Origin: Lama glama
Taxonomy: Eukaryota
Length of the DNA stretch: 64,000 bases
Assembly: GCA_028534125.1 (NCBI GenBank)
Contig: CM052817.1
Coordinates: 30,320,001 to 30,384,000 of the forward strand
Direction: 5' to 3'
Each line of letters starts with the position of its first letter. The first letter of the stretch is position 1. The position numbers and the translations under genes were made by a program. Positions 14,026-25,649 of the stretch are shown here, piece by piece. The notes under the pieces were generated by a model. The model did no database searches and was not told where the DNA came from. It saw only the letters and a list, made by a program, of their open reading frames with translations.

Positions 14026-17000
14026 TCTTCTCAGCTCCAAGCTTAAAAATCTATCATTCCCCCTAAACTCCTTTGCTTTTTCAGTACCCAAGGCAACTTA
14101 GTTTCCAGTACTGCCAATTCCCCAGCAGCTTGGAGCTTTGAGGCTTTTATGCAAATGAAACTAGCAGGGCTGTCTGTGGCTTTTTAGACATCTTTGAAAC
14201 AAGTATGCAAATTGCATTTAAACAGCCAGCTTGGATTACATATGAGCAAATGATTTTAACACTCACAAACATCTTCTGTAAAAAACAACAAAAAGACAAG
14301 ACCATGAGCAAATATAATGAAAACAAAGCAAAATTCCAAAGGTATAACTTTGACTTTTAATTTTTTAATTCCAAAGGTATAACTTTTTGCTTTTATAGAA
14401 AAGCAATGTCAAAATAAATGTATTTTAAAGATGTATTTTGGTCCTGTGTAACATTCAGAGAAAAACAAACAAACAAACAAAAAAACTGAAAAGAAAGTAA
14501 ATATAGAAAGAAAGTGAGAATAAAAAATTCTGCACTAATCTGAAAAATGGGAATGAAAATAAACATAAGATTTTAAGAATAAACATAAAGTTTTCTATCT
14601 ATTAGGACAGCATAAATCCACATAGATAATTAAAACACTCACTAATAATCTAAGATGTGGCTGCAATTGGATTGGACCTGGATCTTCAGAATCTTAAATT
14701 TCCTAAAAAATTCAAAAATATCTGTGTTTTGCTTCTAATTTCATTTGATCATTGCTTTATTTAAAACAGACACTTGAGGACAAGCAGTGAGGAACTGCAT
14801 AAAGGAAAGGATGCTATGGATCTTACAAACACAATTTTAACTTGTGTCAAGGTGTCTCAAAGGGTATTTTGGCTTCAAGATGCAATTGCAATTCTGGATG
14901 ATGTACCAGTAAAAGACGCATTATGTCATTTCAAAGTTGAATTGCAACTCATTTGTTTAGTCATTTAAGCCCTATGCTTATGTAATAATAAAAGCATTTA
15001 TTTGATAAAATAATGAATAATACTTTCTTTTCTCCCCTATTCATTGATTGGAATCCAAAAATCAGCCTGAGATGAAAAGGGTACTTAGACTGCCATCTAG
15101 TATACATTTTTCTGTATAGCATAATTTCCAAAGCTGTTTGAGTAATATCTCCAGCATTGGAATAAATGCATGCTTAAGCACAATTGCTTTTATATGTATT
15201 GAAAATTGTATATGAACCATCCTTTCACTCTTTGACCTAAATTCTTCTCCTAAATATTAATCTGTGAGTGTTTCAATCTGTATGTCAATTTATTAGTACT
15301 TTATTCACTTGGCCCAGATATAGAATTTTAATCTTTTAGGGATTTCCTTCAAAGGCCTCATTTGAAATATTCTTAATAACCTGGTATTTTCCTTCTCTAG
15401 AAAATACACAAGGATTTGAGCCAGGAGTCTCTCAGAATTCCACATGCTGTATAAAAATATTTACCTTGTTCAAGGAGAAAGCATTATTTCATTGGCACAA
15501 GAATAGCCATGCTGGTGATTAAAATTAAATGGAAATATTTCTAATAATAGTTCTCCTAGACTATGTTCTGATATCTAATTGCAAGCCTCCCGCCACTAAC
15601 CATATACGTCCATGTCCACCCTAACTCTAACAGAAGGGGGAAACACAAACTTCCAGGGGCTGGAAAACACACATGGTGCTCAAAACTGGGCCTCAAACGA
15701 GCAAAACAAAGCAGTATCTCAAAACTTACATTGACAACCTTTAAGATTAGCATTAAAGCTTGATTGGTAAATGTTATAACTTGCCATCAGTTATGAATAG
15801 GCTAGAATCCCAAGGACATTTAAGAATAGATCAGAAACCCACGTCTTTTCTACATCCTTGGAATTCCTGCAGAAAATATTCAACTTTGCTCCAGTATAAA
15901 AAACGTGACTGAACTGTCGACAGGTAAATCTCAGGATATTGAATTCAATTTACTTGCACACATTTTTATTGCGTTCCCACTGTGGGCCTAGAAGTAGACT
16001 TTGGAGCTACAAAATCAAATAAATCGTAGTATAGCTCATGAGCAGTTTACCATATGTTGATGATAAAAATGTGAGGATTTAGAAAACTTTCAAAAGGCTA
16101 AGTTGTGGTGCAGTGAAAAACCTGTCCTTAAAGATTTTTTATTGGAGGTTGAATAATCACGCATCAGTTACACAATATAAAAGATTCCTCTATTGGGAGG
16201 AAAGTTAGATATCTTAGATTTCATTTTAATGTATAATTCTCTATTTTGTTATAAATTGGACATTCTGATACTAAATAATTAGTCCAAGAAAATAGAACAC
16301 TGTATTTCATTTGGAGATATAATAGTCCACTCCATGGCAAAGCTTTAAATTATAAAGCACCTTAAAATATTAATGAATCAGGAAATTAACTTAAATTGTT
16401 TTCAGTAATCTCTGCATTATAGAAAAGCAGTGTCAAAATAATGCCAAAATTGTAACTTAAATAATTGTGAGATAACTTAAGAATACTTAACCATTAATCC
16501 ACTTCATCCCTTAATGTGTTAGGTTTCTTTTTTATAATTTTTAGCTGATCTTAGATTTAATTTGGAAAGATGAATTCAAGATAATCATCCTGTTCTATGC
16601 TGCCAAAATGATTCTTAGCAAAGCCCATTCCATTTCTGCAGGACCATCATTAGCAACTTTCATTCAGGTATAGCTCACCTAATGAAACATGTTTTAATCT
16701 AGAGTCTATGAGGATTTGAATCTTAAAAGAAACAAAACCAATTATTTATGCATGTTTCAAAATGTAGAAAATCAGCTAAAGCTAAATTCCCCCCCAAAAC
16801 CCACAATGGTTTAAATGTGTTTCTTAGCACAAAGAAAAATGGAAATAAAACATTCAATTTAATAAATATAAATTGAATTGTCCTGTTATTCAATTCCTCT
16901 ATAGTGTAAATTTTAATGAAATTTAGCTTCCTTGTCTGCAAATTAGGTGCTCTTTTACATTGATGTAGACAATTTCTCGTTCTTGATAAAGAAAATATTC

Positions 17001-17109
17001 TGTCTTCTTCTACTTTGTCTCCTCTATGAAGTCCTCTTTCCAAGTAAAAATCTCTTAATGGCAGAACACTCAGGTCAGGCCTCTTTGGACTGTGTTTCCA
17101 GTTGTCTGC

Positions 17110-17489
17110 TGTATTAGTTTGCTTTGGGTTCCATAACAAAGTACCAAACACTAAGTGGCGTAAAAAATAAAAATTTATTCCCTCAAAATCCTGGAGGCTA
17201 GACATCCAAGATCAAGGGATCAACAGGGTTGGTTTTTTTTTTTACAGCGCCTCCCTCCTTGGCTTGTAGATTGCTGTCTTATTCTGATATTTTCACATGG
17301 TCTTCCCTCTGTATCTGTGTCCTAATTTCTCCTTGTTAGGACACCAGCCGTATTGGAATAAAGTCCACTTGGTCATTTTACCAAGTTACCTCTTTAAAGG
17401 CCCTGTCTCCAAATACAGTCATATTCTGAAGTACTAGGGGTAAGGACTTCACTATATGAATTTGGGGGGACCTAATGAAGCTTATAACA
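17110..17489 (-). mobile_element. MaLR solo LTR (MLT1A/C-like)
   Basis: TG...CA termini (TGTATTAGTTTGCT...CTTATAACA), with internal CCATAACAAAGTACCA, CTGGAGGCTAG and TCTCCAAATACAGTCATATTCTGA. Confidence 0.85.
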
Positions 17490-18959
17490 TTTGCTTAGAT
17501 GTAGTCATGTCACTAACATTTCCCTTTTAACTTGTATTGCTTATTTCTGAATTTCTTATATTGTTATTTAACTTTCTTTAAGTTATCTCTTACCCAATAT
17601 ATGGTAAACCTCTTGAGAACAAAGGTTTAGCTCCTTCTCTATAATCAACAGTGTGCCACGCTGCGCTTTATGGAAAGTAAATGCTCAGTAAATAGCAGTT
17701 GATTGGATTTTCTGTGACTGCTAATGCTTTAAGAACTTCAGTCCTCTTCCTCACTGTCCAGTAATCCAGAATCTTAAGGTAAATGTTCAACTTCAAGGGA
17801 GAAAGTCATTTATAAAAGAAATGTGCATAGGTGGTTAGCTTTATAAAAAGAAAGGAGTTTTCTGAAAACTAAATAGTAATTCTTTATCTGTTTTTCTGAT
17901 CTGTACATTCTCATTTCATGCTTTCTTAAGGATATTGAGAATCATATCTAAAGTGATTGCTCCCGTCAACAAAAGCATTTCTCTGCAAGTAAAATCTGTG
18001 GACTACTATGAAATGTGAACCAATTTGTTGACTATGGCTGCAAAACAATTTATCTTGCTTACTCATTTACACGTCCTATAATTAACTTGAGCCTTGTGAA
18101 CTATACATTTCATTGCAAATACACATGTAGAAACATTCATTATTCCATCTTTCTGAAGAAGATAATAGAATCACTCCTTGTCCACCATGCATAATAGACC
18201 AAGAAAGTGAACAATTAATTTCAGCAAATGATTTCATTGTACAGCCTGCTCACCTGCTCTACTTAGATTCCAAAGTTCCCTGTTCTGTGTATTCTTCTAG
18301 TTTTGACAACATGTGGGTGCATTAAAAATAATAATAATATTTTAAAATAATAATAAATTTTAAATTTTATCTGTGTTTAAATTATTTTTAGCAAAGGATT
18401 TATTCAAGCACCTGGTAGTCCAATAGAAATTTCTTATTTTAAGCATGTTTAAATCTTATGCTATTGAGCATATCATGGTTTACGACTCAAATAATTTGAT
18501 GGCACAAGGGGTAAAGTTAAAATTCAACATTATTATTAAGATTCTTGAAACTTACTATGGCCTTACTGTTCTTCATTTTTTAAAACTGAAACATAGTTAT
18601 GCACAATCAGTCAAAATGAGAAAGTGATTTGTACTAATTCTTGGAGATTGACAAATATGACATGACTAATTTAGTTCCAGTAATTTCCAAACTAGAATTA
18701 TTCAGACTACAGAACATCCATGTTCAATAAATAATTTAATATACATGGTTTCATTTTTATAGAGTTATATATGCAATAAATAGTTGAGGTTATTGTAGCC
18801 ATGACTGCTTGGTTCATCCCATTACCTACTTGTCATCATAAGACATAGAATCTAATCTAAAGATACTAGAATGCTGAGCAAGTATATGTGAGTGTGGGTG
18901 TGAAATAGCTGTCTCAGACTGGTGGTTGGATTTGCCTTAAGTGTGTTTCTTTTATCTTG

Positions 18960-19235
18960 AACAACTAAGATTAAAAAAAGAGAAATATTAGAGGTCAATA
19001 TTTATTATTTGAGATTTTACACAAAATTTTATATCTGTGGTTTCTTTTGAAAAATTGATTATCTTACAACCAAAGGCCCACTTTCCCACATGGTGACTGT
19101 CATACGTCACTGCCTTGTTTAGGCAGGACAAGCAAGCGCCCATTCACCACCACCTCCACCACTCCCTGTTACGTTACCCCTAATGCATTCTCTCACCTTC
19201 ATGGCTATGGGGGCATTTATATTTGCCACACTTCA
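18960..19235 (+). mobile_element. MER102-like hAT-Charlie DNA transposon
   Basis: GGCCCACTTTCCCACATGG...CCACCACTCCCTGTT...GGCATTTATATTTGCCAC resembles the MER102 3' half. Confidence 0.55.
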
Positions 19236-19663
19236 TATTAAAGGAGAAAGATGGAAAAGATTCAGAATTTGAGGTATTGAGGCTTGGGTCAATTCTTGAA
19301 GAAGTGGAGAATATTGTAAGACACATCAGTATTGAAAAGGAAGACTAGGAGAAAAAATATCCACATTCATGGTCAATCTATAGAAACTCATTTTTCAAGG
19401 ATATAAAGAACTAGAAAGAAAAAGAATGAATTTATATGGAACTTTTTAATGTTAATTGTAAGGTCCTTCTGGTGTGTTTTGATGTCAAAAACATTCAGAA
19501 TCTTTTACTATTAAGTGTGTTTTATTGATTTGTAAGTCTTTGAAATGATGGTCCTTTTAGTTAAAATAAAGCAACTTATTATTGAGTAAAATATACATTT
19601 AATTTGGAAAAAAAATTCCTTTCAAGATTTGTGTACAAAGAACACAGTTTAAAATGGTTTACA

Positions 19664-19769
19664 CATCCCCAGTGACATGGGGTCTTCACAACTTACGTCT
19701 ACATTTGTAACCTTTACTAGTGTTAAATTCCCATCCACTCTCTAAAAATTAAAATAAATTTTTTTAAAA
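19664..19769 (+). mobile_element. Unidentified short retroposed insert with A-rich tail and TSD
   Basis: Flanked by an exact 14-bp direct repeat TAAAATGGTTTACA (19650-19663 and 19770-19783). Ends in AAAAATTAAAATAAA... Confidence 0.65.
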
Positions 19770-20370
19770 TAAAATGGTTTACAGTTTTTAAAAATCCTTT
19801 AAATTATTCTTTTCCTAAGCTGCTTATGAGTTGTTTATATGATAAAAGTGTCACAGGGAAGGATAATAAACTGTATCTTATGCTGTGGTTAAATTATAGT
19901 GATCAAGTCCATGATGTTATCAAGTCCACTGGACAATATTATGATTCAAGGTGAAAGCCATCTTGTCAAAACATTGTTTTCTTTAGCCTTGAAGTGAAGA
20001 CCCATCTAGTATTGTCAAAACAATAAGATAAGACATGAAACTTCTCTTGCTATTCATGTTTATTCATTTAAAAAACTTAGATAGAATTATTATTCAATGA
20101 GTAAATGTTAATGTTAAGAAACTGGAAACTTAAAATAGATTTCTAAAAGTAATTATTTAAGGGGAAAATTCCTTTGTACAGCTGATAAGGAAGAAATGAG
20201 AAAAGCTTAATATCTATGCAAAGATTCTTCGTAGACCACATTCTTAAGAATCTGATTAAAATATTCCAAAATGACAGGGGCATTTAGGGGAGAAAGAAAT
20301 TTATTTTCATCTGTGTTTTAATTTTTGTTGATCAAAAAAGAGTCCATAAGAGAAAAGAGGGCAGGAAGGC

Positions 20371-20690
20371 GAAAAGAAAGAAAAGAAAAGAAAAGAAAAG
20401 AAAAGAAAAGGAAAGGAAAGGAAAGGAAAGGAAAGGAAAGGAAAGGAAAGGAAAGGAAAGGAAAGGAAAGGAAAGGAAAGGAAAGGAAAGGAAAGGAAAG
20501 GAAAGGAAAGGAAAGAAAAGAAAAGGAAAGGAAAGGAAAAGAAAGGAAAGGAAAGGAAAGAAAAGAAAAGGAAGGAAGGAAGAAAAAGAAAGAAAAGAAG
20601 GAAGGAAGAAAGGAAGAAAGGAAGGAAGGAAGGAAGGAAAAGAGAGAGGAGGCAGGGAGGGAGGAAAGTAGAAGGAAGAAAAAAACGAAG
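20371..20690 (+). repeat. Compound polypurine microsatellite (GAAAA)n/(GGAAA)n/(GGAA)n
   Basis: Directly visible. It explains the spurious K/E/R/G-rich and F/L/S/P-rich ORFs at 20307-20795. Confidence 0.98.
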
Positions 20691-20770
20691 AGACAAATTA
20701 TGAGACATAGAATCTCAGTAGTAAAAGTTGTCAAGAAGTCATCACCCTTAGTGACCTATCCAGTTAATTT

Positions 20771-21088
20771 GTTTTTTTATTCATTTTTTCACTGAAGTAG
20801 AGTCAGTTTAAATGTGTCAATTTCTTGTGTACAACATGTTTCAGTCATACATATACATACATATATTCATTTTCATATACTTTTTCATTATAGGTTATTA
20901 CAAGATATTGAATATAGTTCCCTGTGCTATACAGAAGAAACTTGTTGTTTACCTGTTTTATGTATAGTAATTAGTATTTGTACATCTCAAACTCCCAATT
21001 TATCCTTTCCCACTTTCTTTTCCCCTGGTAACCATAAGTTAGCTTACTATGTCTGTAAGTCTGCTTCTGTTTTGTAGATAAGTTCATT
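20771..21088 (-). mobile_element. L1 3' end, 5'-truncated, with diverged TSD
   Basis: Antisense L1 3'UTR (AATATAGTTCCCTGTGCTATACAG; GGTAACCATAAG). TSD CTATCCAGTTAATTT (20756-20770) versus CTACCCAGCTAACTT (21089-21103). Confidence 0.88.
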
Positions 21089-21256
21089 CTACCCAGCTAA
21101 CTTTTTTAAAATGCTTTTTTTTTAATGCTTCTTAACATGCTTTCTTGAAATAGTAAGGGCATTCCTAATGAGGAAGAGCATACAATTGTAACATAGGTTA
21201 ATAAATTAGCAAATGCTAACATTAAGCCAAAATCTGCCTTTCTTCTCTTTCTACAG

Positions 21257-21371
21257 GTCAGCTTTACTTTGATCTTTGCACCTGCGAAAATAATCATTTT
21301 TCAATTTGCACTTTATGATGTAGACATAACTTCAAAAAGAATGCAGTAAGCTTTGTTTACTTACTGTTGGA
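21257..21371 (+). other. Candidate internal exon of an unidentified transcript (alternative donor after 21345)
   Basis: Branch point TGCTAAC (21214-21220) and polypyrimidine tract CCTTTCTTCTCTTTCTACAG. Donors GCA|gtaagc (after 21345) and GGA|gtaagt (after 21371). Confidence 0.5.
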
Positions 21372-22095
21372 GTAAGTAAACCATGTAGGAGATATGACGT
21401 GGTACCTGCCAGGCACTCTTTGTCTTCTGGAAGTGTTAAACCTTTCACTCTAACTACGATTTCTACTAATAGGAATCACTGCTACTAAGTTTCCAAATTA
21501 TTCAACTATCTTTTGTTTGTTTGTTTGATTTTTTGTCCACTCCTCCTTTCCCAGCTCTGCATATAATCATTCCATTCCTCCTTTCAGAGAGGATATGATT
21601 AAAAAAAAAAAGTTTGGCAAGCTTTGAATTTAGTGAAAATTGGTTTAAACCAAGTTTTGCTAGATCACACTAACCTGCTAACTAGTACACCACCCTTTCA
21701 TGTTGACCAGAAAGACAACATGATAAATATATTCACAACTCACTTTCAAACATTAAATTATCATTGCTACTCAAGAATTTTCAAATACATCCAATTATCA
21801 GGAATTTCCCTACTGTACATCTAGATATCTCATTCAAAGAACCAATATTTTCCATGGAAATGTTCACAAATGCAGCAATTCAGTAAGGCAGTAAGTTGTA
21901 AGGGAAAAATTTTCTTTTTTGGAATGTCCTAGCTTATGTAATTTTTTTCAAGACTATTTGCCAAACATGTTGAACTATTCTAGAAGAAAAATATTACTTT
22001 GTTATTTGGCTATTTGCCCAGGAAACATAATCTATGGGTTGGAACCCCTAGAAATTTTCAATATTTCCTTGCAGTTATGTTTTCCAGTGGAAATA

Positions 22096-22504
22096 GTGGT
22101 ACAGTGAATTATCATTCCCAGTATGTAAAGCCTCACCCCTCATTCATAATAGTTGGTTAACACCTACCCAATGTGATAGGACTTGCTAATGAATAATGTG
22201 GGAAGAATATATATCTCAGCCTTATTGATTTTGGGCTTAGCCATGTGATATACTCTTGACAATTGGATGTCAGTAGATGTGCTGTTGATCATGTTAAGCA
22301 GAAGCTTTAAAATTATTTTAGAGTCTGTTTCAGGCTCTCATGTTACTATCTTATTCTATGAGAATAACATGCCTCAAATAGGGGCAGATCTTTCAGCCTA
22401 GTCCTGAAATGAAAGGACATGTTGGTGCAAACTTTCTACTGGTCACCAGCCTGGATTATAATCACAGTATTCCCTACAGATTTCATGACACTTGAGCAAG
22501 AAAT

Positions 22505-22542
<38 letters not shown>

Positions 22543-22607
22543 GTAAATCCTTAAAATCTGGGAGTTGTTTGTTACATAGCATTATCTTGCAAAAGCTGAT
22601 TAATGTA
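22096..22607 (+). mobile_element. MaLR LTR (MLT1H/I-like) containing (TG)n at about 22509-22540
   Basis: TTGGGCTTAGCCATGTGA, TTGAGCAAGAAATAAAC and GTTGTTTGTTACATAGCATTAT...AGCTGATTAA. Confidence 0.75.
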
Positions 22608-24678
22608 CTGGTCAGTAACTTTGATCAGTCTCAAAGCAGGTTGTTATCCCAAAAAAGACCAATAGTTACTGTTACATAATGTGCCATGATGGCACAAAAC
22701 TTTGGCAATTCTCTGCTATACTTCTTCATATTGTCAAAGTAGATCATCCAGCCTGTAGGTTCATCTTAGGAAAAGATTTTCACATTAATCCATGATTATC
22801 ATTTAGTTTACCCTCATGCTATAGACAAGAAAGTTACTCTGGTTCTTAGCCTCTGATTTCTTCATCTAAGTCTTATTTGTTCCTTCCTGAAATCTTCTTT
22901 TACATCTCTGGATTTCTAATTAACAAAAGTTAAGAACTAAAATGCTGTTATTATAAAAATTACATTCCAGTCTTTTCCAAGCACTTTAAAATATGAGTTG
23001 TCCTTTAAATATTTGAAAGAGTACATTTGTTTCATTTTCTTCAATTAGACATTTTTGAAAGATGTCACATATGCTGCTTACCTGTCCTATTACTCAATAT
23101 CCAGATTCCTGAAATTTCTGAATTTATATGATTTGTGCAAGATATGAAGGTTCATAGAGCAACTCTTAACTTCAATGACATATTGAGGTTCAGAGACGTT
23201 AATGGATATAACTAAGCTCACACAGCTTGTCAATGGGAGAACTGGAACTTTAACCTAGGACTTCTATCTCTCAATCTGCTCATCATTGTTATGGAAATGT
23301 GCTGCAATTTAAAAGAATATAAATAAGTAACCAATAGACTGATTGATGTAAGCATTGATAAGTAGGCAAAATTTGCAAATATCCAGGAATATTGTCATTC
23401 TTGATAGGACCATACAAAAACTTAAGATCAGGATTGTCTGAAGGCTTGAAAGGTAAAACTCTTTAGAGTACTAAGAAGTTTCCCAATGACTTAATCTCCA
23501 CTAATTGCTCTTTAATAATTCTGCTAAATGTGTCCTAATTCACTTCTGGATATGCATTTGATATATGATAAGTAAGTATAAATATATGGCTCAAAAATAT
23601 AATTCTCCTGCCCCCAAATCAAATATATGCATAGAAATTTCTAGGAATATATTTTGGAGATCAATCACCGCTTATATCCACCTTTGTGCATCGTTTAGTA
23701 ATAAAAAAAAAAATACCTAGTCAGTCAAGTTAATTCAACAAACAGTTTTTAACTACCTAATATATAACAAGCCCTCCATTTTACATGAGAGATATCAAGA
23801 TAAATGTGGTCTGGCATTTGTTCTCAAAGCATTCACAGTCAAAAAGAAGCATCTATTGGTCTGGGAGATAGTGCAGCCCTTTCACTGCGAAAGCATATAA
23901 TCTAAATTTTTAATTTATATAAATGTCATCATGAATATTATAATACGTCATTTTCCCTTTATGAAACTCGTACGCATGACGACTGCTTCTCTTTTATTCT
24001 GAAAGGTCGGCGGTTACCGCTAATCCCGAGCAAGTCCTATCAGAGGCTGTGGCCTTAGTTGCCAAGGGTTGCATCTTTGTATTGCTCTGAGAAGCTGAAC
24101 GTGATTTTCATGTAAAACATACTTAAATGTTATATTAGCATTCCCCCAATGCTTCCCCTTTTCCTCTGTGTTGATAAGCATTCAAATATGTTCATTGAAG
24201 AGATTTTTACATTATTTCTTCAAATGGGAGAAATTTTCATTTAGCAGGCAATTATTTGGAGTGAATGGAAGCTAAATAAAGTGCCTTTTTGCCTAATTTC
24301 CTCCGGTTAATATTACTTTCTAGCTAGTAACTGCTTCAGCAACTGCCAAAACGAAGGAATTCACGGCTCCCCATGCCTCCCTACCACACACACTGGCAGT
24401 GGTGCTGAACTTGAACTGCCATCCTCCGGGAGAGGGAGAGCAGAGACATCAATGAAACATTCTGTTCCCTTCATGTAAAATATGTCTTGTTTCCTCATAG
24501 GACTCTCAAGAATAAAGGCAAACAGCAGGATTGAAACGATTGATGGCTGAAAATTTCAGGAAATGATAAAAGATGCACGTCAAAATGCCAGATCTGTGAT
24601 TCACTTCTGTTACTTCTTTTAAGACATGGCCCACAACTCACCTTTTTAAGAAAGCTTTCCTTTTAGCCCATCTGTGAG

Positions 24679-24808
24679 TAAGGTGACCTTATAGTTTATT
24701 GCTTAACTGGAACACTGTTGAGAATGAAATGGAGCAATAAATAATAGGGCTGAGACAAAAGGCATCAACTGTACTGTCCCTGTGAAACTGGGGTGAATGG
24801 CCACCATC
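24679..24808 (+). mobile_element. MER94 (hAT-Blackjack) element
   Basis: Terminal inverted repeat (TIR)-like ends TAAGGTGACC...ATGGCCACCAT. The internal TTGAGAATGAAA and CTGTCCC...AAACTGGG follow the MER94 layout. Confidence 0.7.
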
Positions 24809-25089
24809 TCCATGAAGCCAGCAATATCCCCTCAAGATTCTAATAGTATTTACTGCAGGTTTTACTTATTTGACATTCAGCATGTGCTACAGGGGCTTTC
24901 TTCTATTTTATGTGTATGTTCTGTGGCCTTGACTTGGTTAATAATATCTTTTGAGAGCAGAGAGGATAACCTTTATTTGTTTTCTTCTCTAGATCCTAAC
25001 ACAAATAGTACACACAGCATGCACACATGAGATATGTTTAAGGCAGTGCATGAACAGAGTCGGTGCTTAATTAATGTTTGTTGAAGCAA

Positions 25090-25649
25090 TGTACATTAGT
25101 CAGGGTTCTCCAGAGACACATAGCCAGTAGGTTCTGATATATTTGTGTATTTATATATGTGTGTGTGTAAATATATATATGTATATATAAAGAGATTTAT
25201 TATATGGGAATGGCTCATGTGATTACAGAGGCTGAAAAGACCTGTAGTTGGCAAGTTGGAGCTCCAGGAGGACGATGTGTAGTTATAGACCAAGTATAAA
25301 GGCCTGGGAACCAGGAGAACTGGTGTAAGTTCAAGTCTGAAAGCCAGCAGTTTCAAGACCCAAGGAGAGCTGAATTTTCAGTTGAGTCCAAAACCAGAAA
25401 AGGACTGATGTCTCAGCTCTACAGTCGGGAGTCTCCTCCTACTCAAGGAAGAGTCCCCCTTTTGGTTTTATTCAAGCCTTCAGCTGACTGGAGAGGGCCA
25501 CCCATCTTGGGGAGGCCAGTCTGCTCAGTCTACTGATTCAAATGTTAATTTCATTTACACACACCACAGACACACCCAGAATAAAGTTTGATCAAACATC
25601 TGGGCATTCTGTGGCCCAGTCAAGTTGACACATTAAATTAAACATCATA
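25090..25649 (-). mobile_element. ERVL solo LTR (MLT2-like)
   Basis: TTAGTCAGGGTTCTCCAGAGA...GAATGGCTCATGTGATTACAGAGGCTGA...CCCAGTCAAGTTGACACATTAAATTAAACATCA. Confidence 0.88.

Noticed and set aside
15873..15923. Possible 51-nt exon (cctgcag ... CAG|gtaaat)
   Set aside because: Weak pyrimidine tract, stops in two of three frames and no independent support.
16723..17205. 160-aa minus-strand ORF
   Set aside because: It starts inside an MLT1 LTR and has no recognisable domain; likely a chance ORF.
20307..20795. 133-156 aa ORFs on both strands
   Set aside because: They are translations of a purine microsatellite, not genes.
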